From assembly GCA_035500095.1 (NCBI GenBank), contig DATJXN010000090.1, forward strand, positions 500-64,499: a DNA stretch of 64,000 nt, read 5' to 3'. This document shows positions 29,138 through 40,890 of this stretch, one piece after another (the first letter of the stretch is position 1; the number at the start of each line of letters is the position of its first letter). The notes beneath the pieces are model-generated. The model was not told the origin of the DNA, searched no databases, and was given only the letters and a program-made list of their open reading frames with translations. Made by a program: the position numbers and the translations under genes. Source of the DNA: Candidatus Binataceae bacterium. Its GTDB lineage: Bacteria > Desulfobacterota > Binatia > Binatales > Binataceae.

Positions 29138-30330
29138 CGCATCGCCTCGGTAGCGGCATTCGGCCGCGTCGAGACCGCGCTGGCCAGCGGCTCGGCGGCG
29201 CGAACCCGCCGCCATACGCGGGCGATTATCTCCGCCGCGCGATCGATCTCGTCCGCGGTCGTGCTCCATCCAATGCTTAGCCTTAGCGAACTGCGCGCTT
29301 CGTCGCGTCCGAGCCCCATCGCGAGCAGGACGTGCGAAGGCTCGACCGCACCCGCCGCGCACGCCGAGCCCATCGAGACCTCCACGCCTTCGAGGTCGAG
29401 CGCGATCAGCATGCTTTCGCCGAGTACCTCGGGAAAAGTCAGGTTGAGCGTGTTGCCGAGCTTGTGATCGGAAGCGCCATTAAGACGCAGGCCGGGAATC
29501 GACGCGTCGAGGCGCGCGAGCATCAGTTCCGCCAGCCTCGCAACCCGCGCGGATTCTTCGTCCCGATGTGCTCCGGCCGCCTCGGCAGCGATACCGAAAG
29601 CGATCGCGCCGAGCAGGTTCGGCGTCCCCGCGCGCATCCCGGCTTCCTGCGGTCCGCCCATCATCAAAGGCGCGAGCGCCAATCCAGAGCGGACGTAGAG
29701 CGCACCGATTCCCGCCGGCGCCCCAATCTTGTGGCCGCTAATCGTCAGAAGGTCGCAGCGCAAATCGCCGACGCGAATCGGGATGCGCCCCGCGGCCTGC
29801 GCGGCGTCGAGGTGAAAAATCGCTCCCGCGCGTGCGATGGGCGGGCCCATCGCGGCCACGTCCTGGATCGTACCCACTTCCGCGTTGGCGAGCCCCAAGG
29901 AGACCAGCGCCGTATCGGAATCGAGCGCCGCCTCCACGGCCGCCGGCGCGATTCGCCCGCCGCGATCCGGCGCGAGGCGGATTACCTCGAAGCCCCTGGC
30001 GGCGAGATATTCGAGCGGCGCCAGGACGGATGAATGTTCGATCACCGAGGTCACGATCCTGCGCCGCGCCGCCGACGCTTCGGCCGCGCCGCGAATCGCA
30101 AGGTTGTTCGACTCGGTCCCGCCGCCGGTAAAGACTATCTCGTGCGCCGCGGCCCCGATAAGCCGTGCAACCCGCTCGCGGGCCTGCTCGAGCGCGCGCC
30201 GGGCGTGCTGGCCGCTTCGATGGACCGCGGCCGGATTACCCGCCTCGTCCGCCTCGGCAAAGCGAGCGATCGCGGAGCGCACCTCAGGCCGCAGCGGCGC
30301 GCCGGCATTGTAGTCGAGATAAATACGCAT
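29134..30330 (-). CDS. Cysteine desulfurase (class V aminotransferase, NifS/IscS-like).
   Basis: ...ISGHKIGAPAGIGALYVR... (PLP Lys) ...SMGSACAAGAVEPSHVLLAMG (active-site Cys loop). Confidence 0.85.
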
Positions 30331-30411
30331 ACGGGTTTGATAGGCCCAAGGCGAACGAATAACTTAGCCTAGCGGATCGGCCGACAAAAGTCGTCGCAAC
30401 GCGGACTATCT

Positions 30412-31614
30412 ATGGCCAGGCCTGATGTAATCGTGGTGGGCGCCGGGGTGGTGGGATGCAGCCTCGCGTTCCATCTTGCCCGCAGCGGAGCGCGCGTCAC
30501 GGTTTTCGAGAAAGGGCGCGAGGTATGCTCCGGGATGTCGGCGCGTTCGGGCGCCCTGCTGCGAATGCACTACACTTTCGCGCCCGAGGCCGAACTCGCA
30601 TGGAAGAGCCTCAGGTACTTCGCCAATTGGGAAGACATAGTAGGGGGCGACGCGGAGCGGCGCGGATGCGGCTTCGTGAGAACCGGTTTCGCGATCGTGG
30701 TCGGGCCGCCTAACGTCGAGAGGTTGCGCGCCAATGTCGCGATGCTCCGCGCGGTCGGCGTCGATACGGCCGCGATCGAGCCAGCCGAATTGCGCAGCAT
30801 CGAACCGGCGATCAACGTTGACGACGTGGCGCTCGCGGCTTACGAGCCGCAAAGCGGCTATGCCGACCCGGTGGCGGCGACGCGCTCGATGGCTGAGGCG
30901 GCCGCGCGGCACGGCGCGGTGTTCAGGACGGGGGCGATGATCAGCGCTATCGACGCGGCCGGCGGCCGTGCACGCGGCGTCGTGGACGCCTCCGGCGCGC
31001 GTCACGGGGCCGACGCGGTATGCGTGATGGCCGGTCCGTGGACAGACCGGCTGCTGAAGCCGCTCGGCGCCGCGATTGGAATTCGCGCCGAGCGCGCGCA
31101 GATAGCTTTTTTCAAACGCCCGGCATCGCTCAGCCATTGCGGATGTATCGACACGATCTCGGGCAGCTACTTTCGTCCGCAGGGTGACGCCGAGACGTTG
31201 ATCGGGCTCGGCGACGTCAAGGCGGAATATGAACCCGATCCGGACAGCTTCCGCGAAGACAACGACGCCGACTTCGTCACCGAGGTCGCCGAGCGCCTCA
31301 CCCATCGCGTGCCGGCGATGGCAGGTGCGGGATATTCGCGCGGCCACGCCGGAATCTACGACGTAAGCCCCGACTCGCGCGCGGTGATAGGCCCCGTTCC
31401 CGGAACCGGCAGCCTCTATGTTGCCGCGGGTTTCAGCGGCACCGGCTTCAAGACCGCGCCGGCGGTCGGCGCCGCGATGGCGGAATTGATCATTGACGGG
31501 CGCTCCACAACCGTTGACCTGCGTCCGTTCGGGTTCGCGCGCCTGCGCGAGGGACGTCCGATCCGCGGCGAACACGAGTATCTGATGGGCGCCAACTTCG
31601 GTCACAAGCTCTGA
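30412..31614 (+). CDS. FAD-dependent oxidoreductase, DAO family (resembling sarcosine oxidase beta, glycine oxidase or D-amino-acid oxidase).
   Basis: DVIVVGAGVVGCSLAFHLAR (GxGxxG) and a C-terminal ...GFSGTGFKTAPAVGAAMAELI motif. Confidence 0.8.
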   Translation: MARPDVIVVGAGVVGCSLAFHLARSGARVTVFEKGREVCSGMSARSGALLRMHYTFAPEAELAWKSLRYFANWEDIVGGDAERRGCGFVRTGFAIVVGPPNVERLRANVAMLRAVGVDTAAIEPAELRSIEPAINVDDVALAAYEPQSGYADPVAATRSMAEAAARHGAVFRTGAMISAIDAAGGRARGVVDASGARHGADAVCVMAGPWTDRLLKPLGAAIGIRAERAQIAFFKRPASLSHCGCIDTISGSYFRPQGDAETLIGLGDVKAEYEPDPDSFREDNDADFVTEVAERLTHRVPAMAGAGYSRGHAGIYDVSPDSRAVIGPVPGTGSLYVAAGFSGTGFKTAPAVGAAMAELIIDGRSTTVDLRPFGFARLREGRPIRGEHEYLMGANFGHKL

Positions 31615-31631
31615 GGCGCGACGACCGTCGG

Positions 31632-32723
31632 ATGACCCGCGCTCCCAGGAATTGGCCGCTGCGCGCCGCGATAGCTATCGCAGCCTTCCTTGCGGCCCTG
31701 CTGGCGAACGGATGCGTGGTCGAGAATCCGCCCCCTCCGCCGCCTCCACCTCCGCCGCCGGCGCTGCCGCAGGGACTGGTGATACAGCCCTCGTCGCTGG
31801 CCGAAGACGCGCAGGGAAACCTTTGGTTCACGATCCTTGGGATTCCCAAGACAGGGAGGCTCGGTCACAGTGGTTCGGTAAGCGAATTCAAGCTGCCGCC
31901 CGTGAGCTTCGCGGCAAATATCGTCACCGGCGCGGACGGCAATCTCTGGATGGTCGGGATCACGACGTTCGGTACCTCGATCTCCGGCAACATCATCAGG
32001 ATGACGCCCGACGGGCACTCGACCGTCTATGAATTGCCCGGGAACTGGGTGCCCGAAGGACTCGCCGCCGGGCCTGACGGCAATCTCTGGTTCACCGCAT
32101 GGGTGGGCGCCAACCCCGACGGCAATGTGGCGATCGGACAGATCACCACTGCGGGCGCCGTCACGATGTTTCCGATGCCCGAACCGGGGACCGGCCCCAC
32201 GACCATCGCCGGCGGCCCGCAACATAGCCTCTGGTTCACCGAAGCGCCGGTCGCTCGGATCGCCAGGATCGCGCTCGACGGTAAAGCTGTCGAATACCAC
32301 TTGCCCAAGGGCACGGTGCCGGCGCAAATCACGGCCGGCCCCGACGGTAACATCTGGTTCACGGAAAACTTCAGCAACCGCGTCGCGCGCATGACGCCCG
32401 CGGGCCAGGTGACTGAATTCACCCTGCCGGTCAGCGGAAAATACGAAGCGATCGTCTCGGGGCCCGACCGCAACCTGTGGATCGCGGTCAATCGTGCGGG
32501 CGCAACGGCCGACTCGGTCAGCGGCGCTATCCTGCGGGTCACGCCGAGCGGCGCGTGCACGGTCTTTCCGCTCCCGAGCGGCGCGAGCGTCTCCGGCCTT
32601 ATCGCCCGGCGCGACGGCACGCTGGTGTTCAGCGAACGATGGGTAACCGGCGGACCGACCCGAATCGGACAGATTACCGCGGGCGGCCAGATCACGGAGA
32701 CTTCGCTCCGCCTCAAGCGCTAG
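31632..32723 (+). CDS. Beta-propeller lipoprotein with Vgb (streptogramin-B lyase)-like repeats and a polyproline tether.
   Basis: Lipobox LLANGC, then 12 Pro, then about 7 repeats of the signature GPDGNLWFT / GADGNLWMV / GPDGNIWFTE / GPDRNLWIA. Confidence 0.7.
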   Translation: MTRAPRNWPLRAAIAIAAFLAALLANGCVVENPPPPPPPPPPPALPQGLVIQPSSLAEDAQGNLWFTILGIPKTGRLGHSGSVSEFKLPPVSFAANIVTGADGNLWMVGITTFGTSISGNIIRMTPDGHSTVYELPGNWVPEGLAAGPDGNLWFTAWVGANPDGNVAIGQITTAGAVTMFPMPEPGTGPTTIAGGPQHSLWFTEAPVARIARIALDGKAVEYHLPKGTVPAQITAGPDGNIWFTENFSNRVARMTPAGQVTEFTLPVSGKYEAIVSGPDRNLWIAVNRAGATADSVSGAILRVTPSGACTVFPLPSGASVSGLIARRDGTLVFSERWVTGGPTRIGQITAGGQITETSLRLKR

Positions 32724-32761
32724 CACGCGGCGGCGCGCGCATCGGGCTTCGCGCTTGCGGC

Positions 32762-33556
32762 TCAGCGATTCTTGAAGAGATCGGGCTCGTCCGTCGCAGC
32801 CGTTTCCGCGTCCGGCGCGCTGCGCGAAATTTTAGGATTGAGCTTGTCTTCGAGGCAGTCCTGGCGCTCTTCGAGTTCCTCGATACGCACGCCGATCCGG
32901 TTGAGCTTGTCCACCAGACCTTGCATCGCGCGCGCCACCGGGTCGGGCAGATGCACATGGTCGAGGCCCGCGACATCCTGGCGCGTGCTCTCGCCTTCGA
33001 TAACCTTACCGGGGATGCCGACGATGGTCGAGTACGGCGGCGCCGAGGAAACCACCACCGCGCCCGCGCCGATACGGCTGCCGCGTCCTATGCGCACCGG
33101 GCCGATCACCGCGGCGCCGGCGCTGATCATCACCTGGTCCTCGATCGTCGGATGACGCTTCTCTTTCTTGAGGCTCGTGCCGCCGAGCGTAACGCCCTGG
33201 TAAATCAGGACGTCGTCGCCGATTTCCGCGGTCTCGCCGACGACCACGCCCATCCCGTGATCGATAAAAAGCCGCCGTCCAATAGTTGCGCCGGGATGGA
33301 TTTCGATCCCGGTAATCCATCGCGCAAACTCGCTCAGCAGCCGGCCGAGCAGGCAGAGGTCATGCTCCCACAGCCAGTGCGCCGCGCGATACATCCAGAT
33401 CGCGTGCAGCCCCGGATAAGCCAGCACCACCTCGAGCGTGCTGCGCGCGGCCGGGTCGCGATCGAAGACCGCTTGTATGTCCTCGCGCAGGCGATTGACG
33501 ACGCCAATGGGCGCGTGGGTCTCGGCGCCGAGGCCATTGGTGGTCGGGAGCGCCAT
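32762..33556 (-). CDS. cysE: Serine O-acetyltransferase.
   Basis: True start [10 protein letters not shown] at 33556. The N-terminal SATase helix domain (AAHWLWEHD) is followed by hexapeptide repeats ([44 protein letters not shown]). The longer track ORF is an antisense extension. Confidence 0.85.
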   Translation of the reverse strand: MALPTTNGLGAETHAPIGVVNRLREDIQAVFDRDPAARSTLEVVLAYPGLHAIWMYRAAHWLWEHDLCLLGRLLSEFARWITGIEIHPGATIGRRLFIDHGMGVVVGETAEIGDDVLIYQGVTLGGTSLKKEKRHPTIEDQVMISAGAAVIGPVRIGRGSRIGAGAVVVSSAPPYSTIVGIPGKVIEGESTRQDVAGLDHVHLPDPVARAMQGLVDKLNRIGVRIEELEERQDCLEDKLNPKISRSAPDAETAATDEPDLFKNR

Positions 33557-33573
33557 ATGATTATGCCCTCCGG

Positions 33574-35241
33574 CTATGCCCTCGCCGCCGCGCCATTGCG
33601 CGGCAAGGCGCGCTCGCGCGGGCGCGTCCCATTGGCCGGCGGATGCTTGACGATGCGCGGCTTGGCCGCACCCTTGTGCAGCTTGTATTCGACCGAATCG
33701 ACCAGCGCCTGCCAGCTCGCCTCGACCACGTTGCTGGAAAGGCCAACCGTGCCCCAGCGCCGGCGGCCGTCGGTCGATTCGATAAGCACGCGCACGCGCG
33801 CGGCAGTGCCCGCGCCGTTGTCGAGCACGCGTACTTTGTAGTCCGCAAGCTGCATCGCTTCGAGCGCCGGGAAATACGGCATCAGCGCGCCGCGCAGCGC
33901 CGAATCGAGCGCGTTGACCGGTCCGTTGCCGGTCGCCGAATTGCGCGAGCGCACGCCGTCGGGCCCGTCGATCACCACCACGGCTTCGCTGAACGGCGTA
34001 TGATCCTCGTGCCACTTGTCGTCGAACACGCGGAAGCTGACGAAGCGGAAATGCTCGCGCGCGAAGCCAAGCGTCCGCAGCATCAGCAGCTCGAACGAGG
34101 CGTCTGCGCCGTCGAAAGTGTAGCCCAGCGCCTCGAGCCGCTTGAGCTCGTCGAGCAGTACGCCGATCTTTTCGTTGCTCGGCTCGATGTCGAGACCGAA
34201 TTCCTTGCTCTTGTAGAGGATGTTGGCGCGGCCGGACAGCTCCGACAGCACCACGTGACGATCGTTGCCGACCGTCGCCGGATCGATGTGTTCGTAAGTG
34301 TGAACGCTGCGCTGGATGCCAGAGACGTGCAGTCCCGCCTTGTGCGTAAACGCACTGTGGCCGACGTAGGGCTGGCGCGTATGCGGCGTGATGTTGGCCA
34401 GTTCGTAGACCAGCATCGAGACCTCGCGCAGCATTTTGAGCTTGGCCGGCGGCACGCACTGGTAGCCGAGCTTGAGCTGCAGGTCAGGAATGATCGAGAC
34501 CAGGTTCGCGTTGCCGCAGCGCTCGCCGATGCCGTTGATCGTGCCCTGGACCTGCACGGCGCCGGCGCGCACGCCGGCGACAGCATTGGCTACCGCGACC
34601 TCGCAATCGTTGTGCGGATGGATTCCGAGCGGGCATCGCACCGCCTCGCTCGCCGCCTCCACTCCAGCCTCGATCTCGTGCGGCAGACGGCCGCCGTTGG
34701 TGTCGCAGAGCGCAATCAGGTCGGCGCCCGCCGAATCGGCCGCGCGCAGACAATCCAGCGCGAACACCGGGTTGGCCGCGATACCGTCGAAGAAATGCTC
34801 GGCATCGAAGATGACCTGGTCAACGTGCCGCTTCAGGTACGCGATCGTGTCGTGCAGAATGTCGAGGTTGGCCTGGTTGGAAATCCGAAGCGCCTCTTTG
34901 ACGTGCAGGTCCCAGGTCTTGCCGACCACGGTCGCGACCGGAGTCTCGGCGCGCAGCAGCAGCGCCAGGTTGCGGTCGGCCGAGGCGCGGATGTTGGCGC
35001 GCCGGGTCGAGCCGAAGGCCGCGATTTTGGCGTGGCGCAGATGGAGTTTCTTCACTTCGCGGAAGAACGCCGCGTCGCGATCGTTGGAGCCGGGCCATCC
35101 GCCCTCGATGTAGTCGATGCCGAGGTCGTCGAGGCGCTCGGCAATCTCGAGCTTGTCTTCGACCGTGAGCGAAACGTCCTCCGACTGGCACCCGTCACGC
35201 AACGTGGTGTCGTACACCTGTATTTTCTTCGCTACCGCCAT
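33574..35241 (-). CDS. cimA: (R)-citramalate synthase / 2-isopropylmalate synthase family, long form with a LeuA-dimer regulatory domain.
   Basis: Start [25 protein letters not shown] at 35241. HMGL-like TIM barrel (...[17 protein letters not shown]...). The cimA-versus-leuA distinction is not certain from sequence alone. Confidence 0.8.
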   Translation of the reverse strand: MAVAKKIQVYDTTLRDGCQSEDVSLTVEDKLEIAERLDDLGIDYIEGGWPGSNDRDAAFFREVKKLHLRHAKIAAFGSTRRANIRASADRNLALLLRAETPVATVVGKTWDLHVKEALRISNQANLDILHDTIAYLKRHVDQVIFDAEHFFDGIAANPVFALDCLRAADSAGADLIALCDTNGGRLPHEIEAGVEAASEAVRCPLGIHPHNDCEVAVANAVAGVRAGAVQVQGTINGIGERCGNANLVSIIPDLQLKLGYQCVPPAKLKMLREVSMLVYELANITPHTRQPYVGHSAFTHKAGLHVSGIQRSVHTYEHIDPATVGNDRHVVLSELSGRANILYKSKEFGLDIEPSNEKIGVLLDELKRLEALGYTFDGADASFELLMLRTLGFAREHFRFVSFRVFDDKWHEDHTPFSEAVVVIDGPDGVRSRNSATGNGPVNALDSALRGALMPYFPALEAMQLADYKVRVLDNGAGTAARVRVLIESTDGRRRWGTVGLSSNVVEASWQALVDSVEYKLHKGAAKPRIVKHPPANGTRPRERALPRNGAAARA

Positions 35242-35245
35242 CTGC

Positions 35246-36487
35246 CTAGACCGACTCCGCCGGCGTCGCGTTGCCGCCTTCGCCCAAGAATGCGTCGTGC
35301 AGCGCCCGCATCGCAAGCTCTCCGTATTTCGCGTTGACCACGACCGAAATCTTGATCTCGGAGGTCGCGATCATCTCAATGTTGACCCGCTCGTCGGCGA
35401 GCACCCTGAACATCCGCGCCGCGACTCCGGCGTGCGTGCGCATCCCGAGCCCGACGATCGAAACCTTGGCCACCTGGTCTTCATGACGCACGCCGGCGGC
35501 GCCGATTTCGGCGGCCATCATGCGGCACAACTCCAGCGCGCCGCGCAGGTCGTCGCGCCCCACGGTGAAGGTGACGTCGGTGCGGCCGTCGGCGCTGGCG
35601 TTCTGGATAATCATATCCACCACGATTCCGGTTTCGGCGATGGGGCCGAAAATTCGCGCCGCGAGTCCCGGGCGGTCAGCCACGCCCGAGATCGTTATCT
35701 TGCTCTGGTTCTGGTCGAGCGTCACGCCCGAGACCATCACTTCTTCCATCGATTTGTCCTCCTGGCCAACCCAGGTGCCCTCGGCTTCGCTGAAACTGGA
35801 GCGCACCACCAGCGGCACGTTGTAGCGCCGCGCCAGTTCGACCGAGCGCAACTGCAGCACCTTCGCCCCCAGCCCGGCCATCTCCATCATTTCATCATAA
35901 GACACGCGCCCGAGCTTGCGGGCGTGCGGGCAGATGTTGGGGTCGGCGGTGAAAACGCCCTCGACGTCGGTGTAGATCTCGCACGCGTCCGCCTTGAGCG
36001 CCGCCGCAAGCGCCACCGCCGTCAGGTCCGACGCACCACGCCCGAGCGTGGTGATGTCGCCCTTGGCGTCGACACCCTGGTAGCCCGCGACGACGGCGAT
36101 ATTGCCGTCGGCGAGAGCCGCGGTCAGGCGGTCCGCCTCGACCGAGCGAATCCTGGCGTTGCCGTGGCGGGAGTCGGTCGCGAGTTTGAGTTGATGGGCG
36201 AGGAACGACACCGTCGGATGGCCGAGCGCCTGAAGCCGAATCGCAAGCAGCGCCGCCGAGACCTGCTCGCCGGTCGCCACCAGCACGTCGGTCTCGCGCG
36301 CATTGGGCGAATCGCTCAGCTGAGAAGCAAGCTTGAACAGCCGGTTCGTCTCGCCGGCCATCGCCGAGACCACGACCACCACCTGGTCGCCGTCCGCACG
36401 CGTGCGCGCGACGCGGTCCGCGACCGCTCTGATCCGCTCGATCGAGCCGACCGAAGTCCCACCGTATTTCTGTACAATCAGGGCCAC
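35246..36487 (-). CDS. lysC: Aspartate kinase.
   Basis: [26 protein letters not shown]...[14 protein letters not shown]..., plus two C-terminal ACT domains. Confidence 0.9.
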   Translation of the reverse strand: MALIVQKYGGTSVGSIERIRAVADRVARTRADGDQVVVVVSAMAGETNRLFKLASQLSDSPNARETDVLVATGEQVSAALLAIRLQALGHPTVSFLAHQLKLATDSRHGNARIRSVEADRLTAALADGNIAVVAGYQGVDAKGDITTLGRGASDLTAVALAAALKADACEIYTDVEGVFTADPNICPHARKLGRVSYDEMMEMAGLGAKVLQLRSVELARRYNVPLVVRSSFSEAEGTWVGQEDKSMEEVMVSGVTLDQNQSKITISGVADRPGLAARIFGPIAETGIVVDMIIQNASADGRTDVTFTVGRDDLRGALELCRMMAAEIGAAGVRHEDQVAKVSIVGLGMRTHAGVAARMFRVLADERVNIEMIATSEIKISVVVNAKYGELAMRALHDAFLGEGGNATPAESV

Positions 36488-36589
36488 GTCTTTGCCGCCG
36501 CGGGGTAGTTCGCGGCGTGACCGATCATTATGGCGGCATCGGGCGGTTCGAACCAGAGCCCCCCGTTCGATACTTTTTACGGATGGGGT

Positions 36590-37057
36590 TCAGGCAAACC
36601 GCGAGCGCAGGCGTTCCAACAACTGCGCGTAGCGGTCGGAGCCTGCGACGAACTCGATCCGGCGCGCGCTCGGGCCCACGTAGCTTATCCGTACCGAGAG
36701 AACTTCCAGCTCATCGGCCTCGCGCAACCGCTCGAACCACTCGACCGCGGCCACACCCGGCGTGAACAGGTATTCACGCAACCCGAGGTCGTCGAGGCCG
36801 GCCTCCTCGAGGCGATAGAGGTCGATATGATAGAGGGGGACGCGGCCGCGATGCTCCTGGATCATCGTGAAGGTGGGACTCAGGATGTCTCCTTCGCGGA
36901 GATTGAGCCCCGTTGCAAGCCCCTTGACGAAGCAGGTCTTGCCCGCGCCGAGATCGCCCATCAGTCCGAGCAGCTCTCCGCCCTCGAGCACCGACGCGAG
37001 CCGCCGGCCCCAGCTTTTAGTCTCATGTGCGGAGCGGGTTTCGATGACGAACGTCAC
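36590..37057 (-). CDS. tsaE: tRNA threonylcarbamoyladenosine biosynthesis ATPase TsaE.
   Basis: 155 aa; P-loop [13 protein letters not shown], then ...[10 protein letters not shown]...YHIDLYRL. Confidence 0.85.
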   Translation of the reverse strand: MTFVIETRSAHETKSWGRRLASVLEGGELLGLMGDLGAGKTCFVKGLATGLNLREGDILSPTFTMIQEHRGRVPLYHIDLYRLEEAGLDDLGLREYLFTPGVAAVEWFERLREADELEVLSVRISYVGPSARRIEFVAGSDRYAQLLERLRSRFA

Positions 37058-37088
37058 GCTTCAAGCGTGCGCCAATGGGCGATGTCGT

Positions 37089-38655
37089 TCAAGCGCCGGA
37101 CGCCGCAAGCGAAGCCAGCGCCGACGGCAGTTCGTCGGCAAGGTCGCCGGCCAGATAGCCGACCGGGCCAATCCTTGCGGCCAGCCGATCGGCGGCATAG
37201 CCGTGAAGGAAGGCGCCCAGGGCGAGCGCGTCGAGCGGCGCCAGCCGCTGCGCCAGGAGCGCACCGATCATCCCGGAGAGCACGTCGCCCATCCCCGCGG
37301 TCGCCATCCCGGGATTGCCGCTCGCGTTGACATAGACCTCGCCGCCCGAGCCCGCGATAACGGTGCGCGCCCCCTTAAGCAGGACTGCCGCACCGCTTAG
37401 ATCGCTAAGGCGCCGCGCCGCGCCGATACGGTTGGCGTTGACCTCCCCCGTGGTCATCCCTAGGAGACGCGCGGCCTCGCCCGGATGAGGCGTCAGGACG
37501 ACTGGACCGGCTGCGCGCCTGAGCGCACCCGCACCAATCAGCGCGACCGCGTTTAGGCCGTCGGCATCGATCAGCATCGGCCGGCGCGGCGCCGCGCCCT
37601 CTGCAATAAGCCACTCCATCAGCGCGCGCGTATCGTCGCTCTGGCCGATTCCCGGCCCGACTGCGAGCGCATCCTTGCCTTCGATAAGCTTCGCGAGAAC
37701 GCGCGGCGCTTCCCGTCCGTCGAAATGTCCATCGCGGTCGGCGACCGGTTCGGTCATCAGCTCCGCCTGCCCCGCCGCTACGATCGCTCCGACGGTTTCC
37801 GGAATCGCGGCAGTCACCAGCCCCGCGCCCAGCCGGAGCGCGCCGCGACCGGCCAGGATCGCAGCGCCCGACTTGCCGCGGCCGCCCGCGACCACCATCA
37901 CGTGGCCGAAGTTGCCCTTGTGCGAATTTTGCGGACGCCGCCGCAGATAAGGGCGCGCCTCGGCCGCGTCGAAAAACCTGCCGTGCGGCGCGATCTCGGC
38001 GATCGCGGCGGGCGCGAATCCGACCTCCGCGATCTCCAAGTCGCCGCACAACTCCGCGCCCGGGTACGAAACGTGGCCGAATTTCGCAAAACCGAAAGTG
38101 ACCGTCAGCGCCGCGCGCACGGCCGCGCCCATCACCGCGCCGCTATCCGAGTCGACGCCCGAAGCGATATCGACCGCGAGCACCGGAGCGCCTGCATGAT
38201 TCAGCGCTTCGATCGCGCGGCGCGGCAATCCGCGCACCTCGGCGTTAAGCCCGGTGCCGAAGATCGCATCGATGATCACGCCCGGCCGCGCATCCATCGC
38301 CGCATCGAGTTCGCCCTCGTCGCCAATTTCGACAACCCGCCCGCCGTGGCTGACGAACTCCGCATGCGCGCGGGCCGCGTCGCCTTTGAGCGCCGACGCG
38401 CTCGCGAGCAGGATCGCGCGCACCGGCACCTGCTCGCCCATCAGCGCACGCGCCGCGACCATCCCGTCGCCGCCGTTGTTGCCCCTGCCCGCGACCACCA
38501 GCACGCCCTGATGCACCGCGTGTCGCCATCGGCGTATTGCCGCAGCGGCGACCGCCTCACCCGCACGCGTCATCAGCGAGTACGGCGCGACGCCATATTT
38601 TTCCTGGCTAAGACGGTCGAGTTCGCGGCTCTCGGCAGCGTTGAGCAGCTTCACG
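37089..38655 (-). CDS. nnr: Bifunctional NAD(P)H-hydrate epimerase / ADP-dependent dehydratase.
   Basis: YjeF-N (...VLVVAGRGNNGGDGMVAARAL...) plus a YjeF-C carbohydrate-kinase domain (...HKGNFGHVMVVAGGRGKSGAAILAG...TPHPGEAARLL...). The likely start is VKLLNAAESRELD. The track ORF extends to 38816 from a GTG, and I could not reconcile the reading frame by hand around 38700, so the start is approximate. Confidence 0.8.
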
Positions 38656-38668
38656 CGCGAGCCTTCCT

Positions 38669-39511
38669 TCAGCGCCGCGGAGCGCTGACGCCTCGCGCGC
38701 GAGCCTGCGGCGCCGCGGCGCGTTCCGTATCGACCAGCGCCAGCATCTCGCTCACCGCACGGCTCATCCCGGCCGCAATCGCGCGCGCGACGATCGCGTG
38801 ACCGATATGGAGCCACTGGATTCCCGCGATGGCGGCGATCGGGGCGACATTGCCGTAGTTGAGCCCGTGGCCGGCATTCGCTTTGAGTCCGGCGACGCGC
38901 GCGGCCTTCACCGCCGCACGAATCTTGTGCAACTCCGCCGCCGTCGCCTCGCTGGGTTTTACCCTGGCCGCCTTGAGCGCGCGCGGAGGGGCTACGCCGC
39001 TCAGGTAGCGCTCGGCGAGATCCTTATCGGCGAGGTTGGCGTAGGCACCGGTGTGAATTTCGACGAAGTCCGCGCCCAGCGCGGCCGCCGTCTCGATCTG
39101 ACGCGGCTCCGGATCGATAAAGAGCGACACGCCGATGCCCGCTTGTTTGAAGTTTTCGATGATCGGGGCAAGGCGCGCCCTCATGGCGGCGGCGTCGAGG
39201 CCGCCCTCGGTGGTGATCTCCTCGCGCCGCTCGGGCACGAGGCAAACTTCGTGCGGGTGAATTTTCAGCGCGAGCTCGACCATCTCGTCCACCGGCGCCA
39301 GTTCCTGGTTAAGGCGGACGTGAACCTCCTGACGCAAACGCAGGAGGTCGTGATCCTGGATGTGACGGCGGTCCTCGCGGAGATGGAAAGTGATCGCGGC
39401 GGCTCCCGCCCGCTCAGCGGCGAGTGCGGCTTCAACCGGGTCGGGATAATCCGCGCGCCGCGCCTGGCGCAGCGTGGCGACGTGGTCGATATTGACGCCG
39501 AGCAGGGGCAT
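38669..39511 (-). CDS. pdxJ: Pyridoxine 5'-phosphate synthase.
   Basis: MPLLGVNIDHVATLRQARRADYPDPVEAAL...HLREDRRHIQD... is the canonical PdxJ N-terminus. Confidence 0.9.
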   Translation of the reverse strand: MPLLGVNIDHVATLRQARRADYPDPVEAALAAERAGAAAITFHLREDRRHIQDHDLLRLRQEVHVRLNQELAPVDEMVELALKIHPHEVCLVPERREEITTEGGLDAAAMRARLAPIIENFKQAGIGVSLFIDPEPRQIETAAALGADFVEIHTGAYANLADKDLAERYLSGVAPPRALKAARVKPSEATAAELHKIRAAVKAARVAGLKANAGHGLNYGNVAPIAAIAGIQWLHIGHAIVARAIAAGMSRAVSEMLALVDTERAAAPQARARGVSAPRR

Positions 39512-39513
39512 CG

Positions 39514-40881
39514 TCAGGCTCGCGCGCGGCGCGCGTGTTTGCCGATCGCCGCGCCGATTTCGCGCGCGAGCGCGCCGATCTCGGCGTCGTCCTCGCCTTC
39601 GATCATGACGCGCGCGAGCATCTCGGTGCCCGAGTAGCGCACCAGCAGGCGGCCATTGGCGCCGAGGCGCTTTTCGACATCCGCGATCAGCCGCTGCACG
39701 TCGGGCATCTCGGCAAGCGGCACGCGCGCCGCCACCTCGATATTCTCCATCACCTGCGGCACGCGGCGCATCGCGCGCAGCTCGCTCAGCGGACGCCCCG
39801 TCTCGACCATCAAGGTCAATATCATCAGCGCGGTTATGATCCCGTCGCCGGTGGTCGAATGGTCCATGAAGATGACGTGGCCGGACTGCTCGCCGCCGAG
39901 GTTGTAGCCGCCCAGCCGCATCTCGCGCGCGACGGCCGGATCGCCCACCTCGGTGCGCACCAGCCGCGCCCCCTTGGTGCGCAGCGCAAGCTCAAGTCCG
40001 AGATTGCTCATCACGGTGGCGACCACCACGCCTCCGGCGAGCCGTCCCGCGCCGGCCATCCGGGTCCCGATCGTCGCCATCACGTCGTCGCCGTCGAAAG
40101 GCTCGCCGCGCTCGTCGATGAGCAGCACGCGGTCGGCGTCGCCGTCGAACGCGATACCGGCATGGGCGCCCTCGCGCAGCACCGCCTCGCGCAGTTTCTC
40201 CGGATGGAGCGCGCCGCAGCCGAGATTGATGTTCTTGCCGTCGGGATCGACGCCTAGGGCGACGACGTCGGCGCCCAACTCGGTCAGCGCGTCGGGCGCG
40301 ACCTTGTAGGCCGCGCCGTTGGCGCAATCGACCACCACTTTGAGCCCGTCGAAGGTCATCGCGCGCGGCACGCAACCCTTCAGGAAGACGAGGTAGCGGC
40401 CGATCGCGTCGTCGATTCGGGCCGCCTTGCCGATGTCGCCGGCGCGCGCGCGAAGATGGGCTAGCGCGCCGTCGTCGAAGACCAGCTCCTCGATCCGCCG
40501 CTCGGTTTCGTCGTCAAGCTTGAATCCCTCGCGCGAAAAGAACTTGATGCCGTTGTCCTCGAAGGGATTGTGCGAGGCCGAGATCACCACGCCGGCGTCG
40601 GCGCGCATGCTGCGGGCGAGAAACGCGATTCCCGGGGTGGGGAGCGGCCCGACCAGCCATACGTCGGCGCCCATCGAGCAAATTCCCGAGGCCATCGCGG
40701 TCTCCAGCATGTATCCCGAAAGGCGCGTGTCCTTGCCGATCAGGACGCGATGATGGCGCGCCGGCTGAGTCTTGAGCACATGCGCCAGCGCCCGTCCCAG
40801 CTTGAGCGCGGTTTCGGAAGTGATCGGTTCGGCATTGGCGACGCCGCGCACGCCGTCGGTGCCGAAAAGCCTGTTAGCCAT
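39514..40881 (-). CDS. glmM: Phosphoglucosamine mutase.
   Basis: MANRLFGTDGVRGVANAEPITSE...VISASHNPFEDNGIKFF (active-site Ser loop). Confidence 0.9.
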   Translation of the reverse strand: MANRLFGTDGVRGVANAEPITSETALKLGRALAHVLKTQPARHHRVLIGKDTRLSGYMLETAMASGICSMGADVWLVGPLPTPGIAFLARSMRADAGVVISASHNPFEDNGIKFFSREGFKLDDETERRIEELVFDDGALAHLRARAGDIGKAARIDDAIGRYLVFLKGCVPRAMTFDGLKVVVDCANGAAYKVAPDALTELGADVVALGVDPDGKNINLGCGALHPEKLREAVLREGAHAGIAFDGDADRVLLIDERGEPFDGDDVMATIGTRMAGAGRLAGGVVVATVMSNLGLELALRTKGARLVRTEVGDPAVAREMRLGGYNLGGEQSGHVIFMDHSTTGDGIITALMILTLMVETGRPLSELRAMRRVPQVMENIEVAARVPLAEMPDVQRLIADVEKRLGANGRLLVRYSGTEMLARVMIEGEDDAEIGALAREIGAAIGKHARRARA

Positions 40882-40890
40882 GACTACGTT

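Noticed and set aside
37089-38816. Using the full track ORF (GTG at 38816) as the nnr CDS.
   Set aside because: That would overlap pdxJ by about 150 nt. The conserved N-terminus begins near VKLLNAAE at about 38655, leaving a 13-nt gap to pdxJ. My hand translation around 38700 did not reproduce the track frame exactly, so I give the shorter start with a caveat.
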